Below, one piece after another: positions 33,164-43,800 of a stretch of DNA of 60,522 nt. The notes below the pieces were generated by a model that saw nothing but the letters and a program-made list of their open reading frames with translations, was not told the origin of the DNA and made no database searches. Made by a program: the position numbers and the translations under genes. Every line of letters starts with the position of its first letter. Within the stretch, counting starts at the first letter, position 1. Source of the DNA: Eubacteriales bacterium (GTDB lineage: Bacteria > Bacillota > Clostridia > Oscillospirales > CAG-272); NCBI GenBank assembly GCA_045652845.1, contig JAZOLJ010000008.1:1-60522 (forward strand), in the 5' to 3' direction.

Positions 33164-36100
33164 TTAAGAATTGGTGTGCATGATCACAACGTAATCATAA
33201 GCATCTACGTTGTAAACGATACCGTTCACTGTTGTTGTGATAGCATAGTCGTTAAAGTTAAGAATAAGCGACTTGTAGGCGACCTTCTTGCCGTTTTCAT
33301 CGTAATCACCGTAGGTAACCAGCACGACCTCGCTATCAACTGCATACTTGTAGTCGGTATTGGTGGTGGTGGTGCTTACGGTATCCTTAGCTACCGGCTC
33401 GGATTTGATCTCAAGCTTTTGTGCCAGCTTGTCGATCATACCGTCGGGCTCATCTGCGTTATCCTTGTTCACCTTAGCAAGCTTAATGCCAAGGCCATCG
33501 GCTGCCAGTGCTGCGTCATACAAGCTGATCAGGTCCTCAACGGAAAGATCGGCGTAGGAGCTCAAGTCGTGCAGCAGCGAATGGTCATAATTAAACTGCG
33601 CGCTCTTTTCACCGTAAAGATTATCGATCGCGTTGTAAGCAATTGCAATATCCTCAAGCATATCCTCTGCTGCCTCAAGTGTTGCGGCATCGGCGTTCGC
33701 GCTCACAAGATACTGATAGTTGGCAGTGGCTGCCTCCATCAAGCCATCAATAGTGGCTCTCATAATAACCAGCTCTGCCATAGGCTGTGCTACCTTTGCA
33801 GTGAGAATACGGGTAAATTGCGTTTTCTTTTCTGCAGAAGCTTGATCGGCAAGATACTCGTTCCAAGCAACCATCAGCTCGCTGGTTTCTGCACGCAGTG
33901 CCTGAAGAGCCTGATAGTCAGCAGCAAGCTTTAGCTGATAGCCTTCAATTCTGGTCTTGATCTGGCTGATGGTGGTGGTTGCGAGATTGATATTGTCAAT
34001 ACGCTCCTGCACAGCAGCTGCCTGCTTGGCAACCTCTTCGAGAGTGTCGCTCAGCAGCTCATCCTCATCGGGCACACGCTTGCTATCCTCAAGGAACATG
34101 TGGTCGATGATCAAACGGTGCTGTACGTCAAAGAGCACTGCGTTGAGCTCCTTATAGATCTCAACCAAGCGCGTTCTCCAAATATCATAGCGTACCGAGT
34201 AGTTCTGAGAAAGCATCTCGTCCTCTTTGAGGAGCTCGGTGTTGGCGTAGGAAAGCACGAAGTAGATGCCTGCGCCGCTTTCCATAGCCTTCAGCATTGC
34301 ATAGGAGAGGTTACCCTCGGTGTTCAAGGGGGTTCCTGCAAACTCTACGTAGCCGTGCAGCACCACGCCCATGAAGGGTACGGTTGCGTACTCGTCATTG
34401 TAGCGGTTGGAGGAAAGCGGAACGTCAAGAATGTAGTCTGCGTACTTCCAGGTAAAGGCGTTACCGCCATCTACCATAACGTCATATTCTTTAGAGGTGA
34501 AGTAATCAAGTGCCTGCATGACGTAATTCTTCGAATCCTCACGCAAAGACACATTCTCCTCGTTAAAGCTCGAGTTGAGGTCGCTACCCATGGTAGAAAG
34601 CGAAATTGCCTTGTTCTGATACTTGGCATATCTCTTCTCCAGCTTCTCATAGAAATGGCTGAAGGTTGCAGGCGACAGTACCATCTGGTAATGGCTCACC
34701 AGCGTTTGCTGCGTAACGGAGTAGGTACGCTTGGAGGTGTAACGGTTATCTACCGTACGTGCGCCGTACTTCTTCATATCTACGGAGCCATCGGGAGTTT
34801 GAGTGTAAGCAAAGTCAAAGTCGGGGAAAATGCCAAGCTCGGGATGCGCTGCAGCATACTCGAGCAGATCCTTAAAGCCGGATTTGCCGCCAACAGAGCC
34901 CTCCCACTTCAGCTTGTAGGGCACCTCGGAGAAAATACCGCCGTTGGCATAGCCCGTCAGCTTAAAGTTAACGTTGGAAACAGACTGACCGAGCAGGTAC
35001 TCGTACATGGTTTCGATATCCTCAAAGGAAGTCAGTGCCACGGAAACCGTTACGGGAACGGACATGATCTTCTTTACCGTATCCATGCAGCCAAAGGTCT
35101 CGATGTAAAGCGGGATCGACGCCGAAACATCATTCTCGCCAAGACGCTCGAAGCCGTTATCCTGGCCGTCAAGGTAATCACGATAAGCGCAAGCCATACC
35201 CATCCAAGAGCACTCGTAATATTTGTTAAGACCTGCTGCTTGCGCCGCCCCGTCATCAGACAGAATGATGTAGCACAGCTTATAGTCATCGGTATAACGG
35301 CGTGACGCATAAACCGCCCAGTCGGACTTCGAGGTGTCAGACTGTCTGGTAATGAAGGAAGGAACAACAGAGGCGTAATCTTGACCCTTCACATGGTTCA
35401 AGGCAATGGAAGCAAGCGTTTCGCCCTCTTCAATAATGGCGAGATAGCCACGGCTGGCCGAATTGCCATCCTTATCGGTGGCGATTTCCACCTGACCGAA
35501 CACAGGCATGCGCATCGGTGTGGTGTGAGCACCCACAACCGAGAAAAGTGCATAGTCGTTGCCGTAAACGCGGGTAATACGCTGAGAAATTGCCGTCAGC
35601 TCATAAAGAGCACCCGAACCGTCCGGGAGGAAGGAATAACCGGTATAGGTAGTGCCATTATCGAAATACTCTACCACCGGGGGCTCGGCAGGCGTGCCCG
35701 TGCCCTCGCTACCGGTCGCGGGCTTCACCTCGCGAGTGGGGTTGCCCTTGTAGCTGGCGCCCATGTAGGGCAGGATCTGCAGGTCGGTTACACGGTAAGA
35801 GGATTCGTCATAACGCAAACCGTTTGCAGGCATACAAACAGAAAGCCCGTTTGCACCGATCGTGTACTCAAGAGCCATTCTGAACACTGCGGGCGAGGTT
35901 GCCTTGTATTCATAATCTACCAGCTCGTAATCCTCGTCCATTTGGGCAAAGGAGTAATCGGGGCAGTATTCAAGGATTTTAGCCTCCAGCTCACGCAAAA
36001 CCTTGGTGTTCTCGGGGTCACCGTTGAATACGTAAATATCAATTCCCTTCTCTTCGGTTACAGGATATGCAGTAGCAATACCTATGCCGCCCTGCTGCTT

Positions 36101-36721
36101 CAGAGAAAAGTAAACCCAGAATTTGTTGTATTCAAAGTTGGGGAGATTTTCCTCAAGGGGCTTGAGGATCTTTTCCTCAAACGTCTTTCTCTCTATGCGC
36201 ATAGGCACGAGGAGGCGCGCAGAGATCTCGCCGATCGCGTATTCCACACGCACGCCGTTTTGAATAGGCGTGACGGCGATCTGCTCCTTAAGAACGGCAT
36301 CCTCAAAGCTGTTGAGTGTAGCAATATTCTTTTGGCTATCCTCATACTGGAGAATAATTTGAGATTTCATGGGGCTACGGGTCGCATCCTCAGGATTGCT
36401 TTCCTTTTTCATATCCCAGGGATTGGTAAAGAGGATCTCACCCGTGGCGTTTTTCTTGTATGCTACAACGCCAAGCCTTTCATCGCAGTAAAGCGAATAC
36501 TCACCGTTGTCGAAGTATTTGGTCATTGCCGCGAGGCGTGCCTCGGGGCTATCGTACGTGGTTTCAGAATAAAGCTCCAGCTGTTCCTTTACGCTAACAA
36601 CTTCTTCTTCCTCAGTGTCACCCGTAGTTGCCGAAACAGCAACGGCGGGGAATGCACATGCGAGCATCAGCACCGATAGAAGCGCACAAAGGAACCGCAT
36701 CAGCAGTTTTTTATTTTTCAT
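33164..36721 (-). CDS. Large secreted protein (1185 aa), DUF5696-like core plus about 250-aa coiled-coil region
   Basis: Signal peptide MKNKKLLMRFLCALLSVLMLACAFPAVAVSA. The blocks ILPYMGASYKG...GYSFLPDGSGALYEL...PVFG...GYLAIIEEGE recall the family I remember as DUF5696 (unverified). No catalytic motif is recognised. Confidence 0.6.
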   Translation of the reverse strand: MKNKKLLMRFLCALLSVLMLACAFPAVAVSATTGDTEEEEVVSVKEQLELYSETTYDSPEARLAAMTKYFDNGEYSLYCDERLGVVAYKKNATGEILFTNPWDMKKESNPEDATRSPMKSQIILQYEDSQKNIATLNSFEDAVLKEQIAVTPIQNGVRVEYAIGEISARLLVPMRIERKTFEEKILKPLEENLPNFEYNKFWVYFSLKQQGGIGIATAYPVTEEKGIDIYVFNGDPENTKVLRELEAKILEYCPDYSFAQMDEDYELVDYEYKATSPAVFRMALEYTIGANGLSVCMPANGLRYDESSYRVTDLQILPYMGASYKGNPTREVKPATGSEGTGTPAEPPVVEYFDNGTTYTGYSFLPDGSGALYELTAISQRITRVYGNDYALFSVVGAHTTPMRMPVFGQVEIATDKDGNSASRGYLAIIEEGETLASIALNHVKGQDYASVVPSFITRQSDTSKSDWAVYASRRYTDDYKLCYIILSDDGAAQAAGLNKYYECSWMGMACAYRDYLDGQDNGFERLGENDVSASIPLYIETFGCMDTVKKIMSVPVTVSVALTSFEDIETMYEYLLGQSVSNVNFKLTGYANGGIFSEVPYKLKWEGSVGGKSGFKDLLEYAAAHPELGIFPDFDFAYTQTPDGSVDMKKYGARTVDNRYTSKRTYSVTQQTLVSHYQMVLSPATFSHFYEKLEKRYAKYQNKAISLSTMGSDLNSSFNEENVSLREDSKNYVMQALDYFTSKEYDVMVDGGNAFTWKYADYILDVPLSSNRYNDEYATVPFMGVVLHGYVEFAGTPLNTEGNLSYAMLKAMESGAGIYFVLSYANTELLKEDEMLSQNYSVRYDIWRTRLVEIYKELNAVLFDVQHRLIIDHMFLEDSKRVPDEDELLSDTLEEVAKQAAAVQERIDNINLATTTISQIKTRIEGYQLKLAADYQALQALRAETSELMVAWNEYLADQASAEKKTQFTRILTAKVAQPMAELVIMRATIDGLMEAATANYQYLVSANADAATLEAAEDMLEDIAIAYNAIDNLYGEKSAQFNYDHSLLHDLSSYADLSVEDLISLYDAALAADGLGIKLAKVNKDNADEPDGMIDKLAQKLEIKSEPVAKDTVSTTTTNTDYKYAVDSEVVLVTYGDYDENGKKVAYKSLILNFNDYAITTTVNGIVYNVDAYDYVVIMHTNS

Positions 36722-36740
36722 TTTTGATCTCCTTTCGCAC

Positions 36741-38939
36741 TTACAGTCGGTAATTGATCTCGGACGCGATGTTGGTAAAGAAGCTTGCCATATCCATTAC
36801 AAGCGATGCAAAGAGCACACCGAGGAACATGATAAACGCCATACCGACAATGGTGCCGAGCGTGGTAACAAGGTTTTTACCCATGGTATAGTCGTGCGTA
36901 ACCATGGTGCCGAAGAAGATGAGCATACCCGCCCAGATGAAGCCAAGAACCATGATAAGGTTGAGAATATCAAGCTCTTCTGCCACAACAAAGTTAGAGA
37001 ACAGCGTTGCGGGAATGGAGGTAAGTGTGATCGGCAGCAACGAATATCCTACACTAATAAAGATATCCTTAAAGCTACCCTCACCCTCAAACAGAGTGGT
37101 AAGACACCAGTTTGCGAGCACGAAGAGCAGCACCGGCACGAATACCACAAGAATTTGCATGAAGATGTTTGACGTGCCTGTTCCCTGCGGATTCATCACG
37201 TAACCGGAGCCGATCGCACGGTAGAAGAAGGTTACAACGGTAATTGCCATGAATACCAACGCTGCGCGAACCGAGCCACGCTTTTCATGCTTCAGATCCC
37301 AGAAGCCGTCCATTGGATGGAACATTAAGTGGAACACGAAATATATCTCATCCTTAAAGGTGCGCTTTTTACCAGATACGGATACACGCTTGTTGATTTT
37401 GGCTGCATGCTTGAGGAATTTGCTAATAAGGAAGATGACCGCAAAGATCACAATAGGGATCATCAAGAAGAAGCGGGACATCCACTCCTTGCGAAGCTCT
37501 TTGTATGCAATCGAGTAATTTGCCGTATCATAAGCGGAGCGGTAATACTCAAGTGCTTCCTCGTATTTACCGCTACGGGCAAGGGATTGACCGATACCGA
37601 CATAAGCGGCATCGTAGTTGGAGTTACGCATCAGGATCTCTTTCCAGTCGTCGATCGCGCGGTCGTAAAGACGTGCGTTCTGATGGTAAAGAGCTCTAAC
37701 GAGAATGTCACCGTACTCTGTGCGGTTAAAAATGGTGATTTCACCGTCAATGGAGAGCACGAGGAAGGTGTCGTTTTGGTAGCAGATCGAACGGATCGAC
37801 TTCGCCCCGATGTTGCCGAGCTGATTACCGACGTCGCCGAATGCAAAGAGAAGATTACCGTCGTAGTCGTAAGTAAAGATCTTGCTGCGGTTATAGTCAA
37901 AGATCGTCCAAGTGCCCTCAGGACCGCACGCAACGTCCTCTACCTGAGAGATCGCCGACGCTGTTCCGGTAACCATATCTCCCTTGTAGTCGATCTCGCC
38001 TGCAGGCGGCCAAAAGCCGTTACGGCGCATGATCTCATCACCCGCGGGGTTCAGCATCTTACAGGGTGCGTAAGCACCGCTGGTGCTCTTCGAGGTGATG
38101 GCTCCCTCCATTTGGGCAAGCAATTCGGGATCATCAGGGGCTGAGATGGTGGCGTAAATAAAGCCGTCAGCATTGATCGTAATGTTGTTGTAGGGGTGCG
38201 AAATAACCTTGCTCGACCTATCGCGCTGCTCCTTGGTCTGGAAGCGTTTCCATACCTGATCCCACAGCGACAAAACCGACTGCTGTGCACCGATAAAGGT
38301 GGTAAACTCACCCTTATCCGTCATAACGATAATACCCTCTTTGGTCTCGGTGGAAACAACGTAAAGTCTTTCGTATGCATCTACAGCAACGGCAACCGGC
38401 CAGTAGATCGCACTCTCAGAGAAGAGGCTGGACTCGGGCTTTTCAATCACAGAATCAAATTCGCCCGTCATGCGGTCAAAGGTGACGATGCGGCTGTTTT
38501 GCGTATCGCATACAAAAATACGACCCGCATATTTCAGCTCACGCTTATCTCCCTCGCCCTCATAACGATCCTCGGTAACGAATACGCCCTGCGGAAGCTT
38601 GAACTCGTCTGCAACACCCTTATCGTTGATGAAATTCTTGATCTCAAAACGAAGGTGATAGTAACGGTCAAGACAAATGATACGGTTATTGCCGGTATCG
38701 GCAATGTACACGTTACCGTCAGCATCGGTTACCATATCACCGGGCTTGTTCAGCAACGTATCAAGACCCATTGAGTCTGCGGTCAGCGTTTTTTCAGCAA
38801 CGTATGCATCAGGTGAATAAAGCGCTTGACCGTCGATAGAATAGGTGTAAGTCGTATATGCCTGCGCGGCGCCAACCGGTATGGATACCACCATCAGGAG
38901 GGCAAACAGCACGCATATAACAGATATGAATTTTTTCAT
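36741..38939 (-). CDS. Signal peptide + NHL-repeat beta-propeller + TPR + C-terminal Yip1-type polytopic membrane domain
   Basis: 732 aa. NHL-like blades (DADGNVYIADTGNNRIICLD, GRIFVCDTQNSRIVTFD, ...). A TPR-like segment (YVGIGQSLARSGKYEEALEYYRSAY). Then 5-6 TM helices typical of Yip1/DUF1282-type domains. Confidence 0.65.
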   Translation of the reverse strand: MKKFISVICVLFALLMVVSIPVGAAQAYTTYTYSIDGQALYSPDAYVAEKTLTADSMGLDTLLNKPGDMVTDADGNVYIADTGNNRIICLDRYYHLRFEIKNFINDKGVADEFKLPQGVFVTEDRYEGEGDKRELKYAGRIFVCDTQNSRIVTFDRMTGEFDSVIEKPESSLFSESAIYWPVAVAVDAYERLYVVSTETKEGIIVMTDKGEFTTFIGAQQSVLSLWDQVWKRFQTKEQRDRSSKVISHPYNNITINADGFIYATISAPDDPELLAQMEGAITSKSTSGAYAPCKMLNPAGDEIMRRNGFWPPAGEIDYKGDMVTGTASAISQVEDVACGPEGTWTIFDYNRSKIFTYDYDGNLLFAFGDVGNQLGNIGAKSIRSICYQNDTFLVLSIDGEITIFNRTEYGDILVRALYHQNARLYDRAIDDWKEILMRNSNYDAAYVGIGQSLARSGKYEEALEYYRSAYDTANYSIAYKELRKEWMSRFFLMIPIVIFAVIFLISKFLKHAAKINKRVSVSGKKRTFKDEIYFVFHLMFHPMDGFWDLKHEKRGSVRAALVFMAITVVTFFYRAIGSGYVMNPQGTGTSNIFMQILVVFVPVLLFVLANWCLTTLFEGEGSFKDIFISVGYSLLPITLTSIPATLFSNFVVAEELDILNLIMVLGFIWAGMLIFFGTMVTHDYTMGKNLVTTLGTIVGMAFIMFLGVLFASLVMDMASFFTNIASEINYRL

Positions 38940-38954
38940 GTTTTTCCTCCTTAA

Positions 38955-39830
38955 TTAGTCTACGATACCGGAAGAGCCCATCGTTTCGATAATGTTGGAC
39001 TGCGAAATAACGAATACGAGGATCGGCACCAGCATCATAATAACCAAAGACGCTGCATGCGCACCCGCACGCTTCACACCGCCCGCCATGATCTGACCGA
39101 TGGCGTAGTTGAAGGATTTCAACTGCTCGGAATGGATATAGATCGAAGAACCCTTGTTCCAGAGATCCTGGAAGGAGTAAATGATCAGTGTAAGCCATGC
39201 AGGCTTAACCATGGGCATTGCAATGACCCAGAAGGTGCGAAGCTCGGAGGCACCGTCAAGACGGGCAGATTCGAGCACCGCATCGGAAACGTTGGTCTCC
39301 ATGAACTGCTTCATAAGGTAAAGACCCAGCGTGCTTACCCAAGCAGGCATAATCAGTGCCCAGTAGGTGTCGATCCAGTTCAGTGCACTCATTATAATAA
39401 AGGAAGTAATTGACGTAACCGTGGAGTGGAACATCAGGGATGTACGTATCGTTTTAAACATCCCTCTGCCACCCGGGAACTTGATCTTTGCCAAGGCATA
39501 CGCTGCCAAGGACGAGAAGAACAGGTTGCCCACAGTACCTACAACAGAGGTAAATACGGTGTTAAAGATGTAACGGGAGAAGGGCACCCACGAGGTGGTC
39601 ATCAGCATGAACAGATCGCGGAAGTTTTTAAACGTGGGGTTGCGAACGAAGAAACGAGGCGGGAACATCCACAGCTCGTCAAGGGGCTTGAGTGACTGCA
39701 TGACCACGTATACCATAGGCAGGAACATGAAGGCACCCAGAATAACCAGCATCACGCTGATGCCCGCATCACCGCCGGCCGAGCGGTTGAGTACGACCTT
39801 ATGTTTTCTTGTACGAAGTTTGTTTGACAT
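38955..39830 (-). CDS. Carbohydrate-type ABC transporter permease (MalG-like)
   Basis: 291 aa. EAA loop VLESARLDGASELRTFWVIAMPMVKP. Confidence 0.85.
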   Translation of the reverse strand: MSNKLRTRKHKVVLNRSAGGDAGISVMLVILGAFMFLPMVYVVMQSLKPLDELWMFPPRFFVRNPTFKNFRDLFMLMTTSWVPFSRYIFNTVFTSVVGTVGNLFFSSLAAYALAKIKFPGGRGMFKTIRTSLMFHSTVTSITSFIIMSALNWIDTYWALIMPAWVSTLGLYLMKQFMETNVSDAVLESARLDGASELRTFWVIAMPMVKPAWLTLIIYSFQDLWNKGSSIYIHSEQLKSFNYAIGQIMAGGVKRAGAHAASLVIMMLVPILVFVISQSNIIETMGSSGIVD

Positions 39831-39831
39831 A

Positions 39832-40767
39832 TTACTGACCCACCTTTGAAAGCACTTTCTTGACCAGCATGTTTGCGCCGATCATGACTGCAAAGAGGAC
39901 AACTGCGATCGCCGAGGAGTAACCTACCTCAAAGCGCTGGCCGCCGTAGTCATCCAAATGATGCATAATGGTATGTGCAGCGTAATCAACAGACGGGAAG
40001 CCGCACAGTGCCGTAACAACGCCACCGAAGCCAAAGGAGGACGTGATCGCCATAACGGCACCAAACATCAGCTGCGGTCTCATAGAGGGCAGCGTAATAT
40101 ACCAAAGCTCTTGCCAACGGTTACGCACACCGTCAACCGCACCTGCCTCGTACATCGAACGGTCAATACCCTGCAGACCTGCAATAAAGGACAGGAACGA
40201 GGTGCCGAGCGAGGTCCAAAGTGCAACCACGATACAAAGGGGCATAACGTAGTCGGCATCCTGGAACCACTGGATTTCGGTAGAAATGATACCGAGATCC
40301 AGCAGAATACCGTTGACCCAACCGTAGGAGTCGCCCGAGAAGAGAGTACCCCAGATCATGTATACCTGACCGGAAATGGAGGGTGCATAGAAGATAAGAG
40401 TTACCACCGCACGGATCTTAGGAGGCAGCTCGTTGATAAACCAAGCAACCATCAGCGACATCAGGTAGGAAACAGGACCTACGATAATCGCAAAGATCAG
40501 GGTGTTTTTACAAGCAATAATAAAGATATCGTCATCAAGGAACAGACGAATGTAGTTCTTGAGCCCCTGCCAAGTAGGCATTTCAAGCAGGTTAAAGTCT
40601 GTTAAACTGATCACTATCGAAAGGAACACGGGAACAACGGTGAAAAGAGTGAATAAGATCATATAAGGCGCTACCATTGCGTAGGCGACCTTATTGCGCT
40701 TCATCTCCTTCCACGTCCATTGCGCACGTGTCATGTCGGATCGGATCACCGCTTTTTTCTTTGACAT
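39832..40767 (-). CDS. Carbohydrate-type ABC transporter permease (MalF-like)
   Basis: 311 aa. EAA loop MYEAGAVDGVRNRWQELWYITLPSMRP. Confidence 0.85.
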   Translation of the reverse strand: MSKKKAVIRSDMTRAQWTWKEMKRNKVAYAMVAPYMILFTLFTVVPVFLSIVISLTDFNLLEMPTWQGLKNYIRLFLDDDIFIIACKNTLIFAIIVGPVSYLMSLMVAWFINELPPKIRAVVTLIFYAPSISGQVYMIWGTLFSGDSYGWVNGILLDLGIISTEIQWFQDADYVMPLCIVVALWTSLGTSFLSFIAGLQGIDRSMYEAGAVDGVRNRWQELWYITLPSMRPQLMFGAVMAITSSFGFGGVVTALCGFPSVDYAAHTIMHHLDDYGGQRFEVGYSSAIAVVLFAVMIGANMLVKKVLSKVGQ

Positions 40768-40809
40768 GTTTTTTCTCCTTACAGCGCTAAATTATAATGT
40801 AACCAAATC

Positions 40810-43800
40810 TCACGCCAGAACGAGGATTGCCCTCTCGATGGCTGTGATAGTACCCGCAAATGCCGTAGCATCAAGTGCCTTCATATTGTTTGAAGCACTG
40901 ACAAGCACGTGATACTCGACCAGATCGTAATCCTCGCGCGCGATATCGCCCAGGATATCACCGAGAATTGCTTTGGCAGCAGTTACCGACGAATGATTTT
41001 CGCCAAGCTTCTTCACGTCGGCCTCGAATGCAGCAGCAAACTCATCAAGACGCTTGCTCTTCAGCGTTTGACCGATCTCAAGGGTCTCAAGACCGAACTC
41101 CTCACGCTTACGGGAGATCTCCTTGTTGATGATCGTGATGTAGCTCTGCAATTCCTCGGTAGGATCCGCATTGTCGTTATATGCGGCAAGGAAAGCAAAA
41201 TTGGTATAACGGCCAATAATGTAGCTGCCGGGATAGTTGGGGATAGATGCGAGGTTGTTGAACTGCTTTTGAAGCTGCTCGTACTCCTCATAGGTCCAAG
41301 GCATTTCCTTCAACGCGTTAAGGTTTGCGGTTGCATGCTTTGCGGAGGGACCGATGATCGCTACCATCTCGTTTGAGTAGTCAACCTGACACCGGGCACC
41401 CGAATGCCAAGTCATAAACTCCCAAGCACGTGCCTTATCAAGCTCGCCCGCCTCACCGCCTTCGCTGCCGCAGCCGTTCATCATAACGATGGCGGAGGTG
41501 GTTGCAACGCTTACGTTATTGATGTAAACACTGCCATCCTCTCGCGTGGTCTCAATACCGGGCATCGGGTAGAAGCCCCACAGACCGCGGATCTCGGTTG
41601 CAAAGACGATCAGCTGGTTGTAGGTGCCGTTGTAGGACGCAAAGCCGATCGGCATCTCACCGGTACGGAAGCGGTTTGCAAAGTCGTAGGATTTCGGGAA
41701 GGAATACATGGTAAAGAAGCTACACATGGTATCAAACGCCTCAAGACCAACGTTAGAATCAAGGTTGATGCGCATGCCGTCATCTGCAAAGAGTGTACCG
41801 CCCATTTGATAAAGGAAGACCTTGTAATCCTGGTGCATACCGATCTGCATGTTGTTTGCCTGCAGAGTAGGAATTGCTGCCAGCACGTCATCCCACGTTC
41901 TCGGAATCTCGATGTCGAGGTCCGCAAGAACATCCTCACGCACAAACATCATGGTAAAGTTCTGCGTTTCGGGCAGACCGTAGCAGTGGTAAACACCCTC
42001 GGCATCCTCAATGCCGAGCACCGCCATAGCGGCATCATTGAAGTTTTCCTCAACATAGCTATCAAAGCCACTCATTCCCTCAATGGGCAAAAGCGCGCCA
42101 CGGATCGCGTAGTTGATAACGTTGTCCTCGCTGACGCCGATGTAAACGTCGGGGCCCATGCCCGCGAGAACCGAGGGCAGCAGCGCACCGCCGGCAACCA
42201 GCTTAAGGTTTACGGAGGTGTTAAGCTGGCTGTTGGGAGTGTAATCGTTATTGATAAGGTTACGAAGAACCTGTGCCTGGTCACGGCCGGTAGCGATCCA
42301 CACGTCGATGGCGCTGGATGCGTCGACATTCTCAGCAGTGGCGCCCATACGGTCGTAGTTACGGAAGAAGGACATGATAAAGCTCGAAAGCTCGTGCACA
42401 AGACCTTCGAAGAAGCCTGCCGTTGCCTTCGGTGCCTCACCGCCAAGGGGCTGGATCACCAAATAGTCAAGCTGCAGGGGCTGAGTCTTGGCATCGCTTA
42501 CCCAAGTACCGAGAGAACCGATGTAGGACTTCAGCTGGTCGAGATATTTTGCGATCTCGCTCTCATCGGTGCCCATACGCTCAAGCACCCACGCCACCTT
42601 TTCAAGCGTTGCTACGCTCGAGCTCTTCTCGCCCGTAACCGCTGCAAGCTCTGCGGCAATCGCATACAGCTCACGGGACTGCAGGATCATATCGATCATC
42701 ACGTCGGGCATTACGCGAGCGAAGCCGTAATCACGGTACTCATCGGGGGCAGCGCCCGTCAGCTTCATGATAGCAAGGTAGTCATTATTGATGGAGGTGA
42801 GTGCAGCGTTTACACGGCGCACGATATCACCCGTAGAACCAAGACCTGCCTCCAGGGTGATCGTGTATTCGACACCTTCTTTAAAATAGAATTGGTAGGC
42901 AAGCGGATTGCCATTGGCATCAAGCGTACCGTCGTTGAGGAGCGCGGACTGCCATGCAGAGTTATAGTTAAAGCGGATCTGCCACGCTTCCTTGTAAGGA
43001 ACGGAGCCGTCATAATAGCCATACTCGCCTTCAGAAAGACCCTTGCTCTCGATACGAAGCGAACGGCAAACGTACATGCCGTCAAGCACGTTCTGGCGGT
43101 AGCGCGCCGCGATATTATACATACCGCTGCTGTTTACCTTAAAGGTGTAGCGTACCCACTGGCCTGCAGTCTGCCACTTCTCACCGCCGATGGTGTTAAG
43201 AATGGTGCAGGTCGTATCAGAGGGCAGGGTAGCCGCATCGGTACGGTCCTCGGCGGGATAAACGGTCTGCGAGGAGCTGGCACCCGCGAACTCCGCTTGG
43301 ATGAGCAGCTTATCGGTACCGGAGGCAGTAAGGCCCGCATCCGTATACTTCTTCAAGTAATCATCGTAGCCCTCAAGGCTATCGTGCGGCATCAGCGTAA
43401 TGGATTTGATCGCCAAGGGCTCGTTTACCGCCTCAAGCGTAATGCTGCGCTCGCCCGCCTCGAATACAAATTCAAGGCTCTCGGCATAGAAGCCGTCCGG
43501 ATCACGCAGCTCGTAAGTGCTGAACACGGGAAGCTGCTTCATGCCGGGGCGCAGCTCGTTACCATCGATATCCGCGGTAAAGAAGCGAACCGTATACTTG
43601 TTCACAAAATCGGTGAGTGCCGAGGTCCACACCTCGGGGATCTCAAGCTTAACGAAGCTTTCCCCATTTTCCGTCACCGTTTCGGCGCCCACAAAGCCTG
43701 CCGCCACAGCTGCCGCTTGAATATCGGCAACGGTAGCATCCTTGGTTGCCATTACCTTGGCATGAACGTACTGGTTGCGCCAGGTTTTGGGCAAGGTCAG

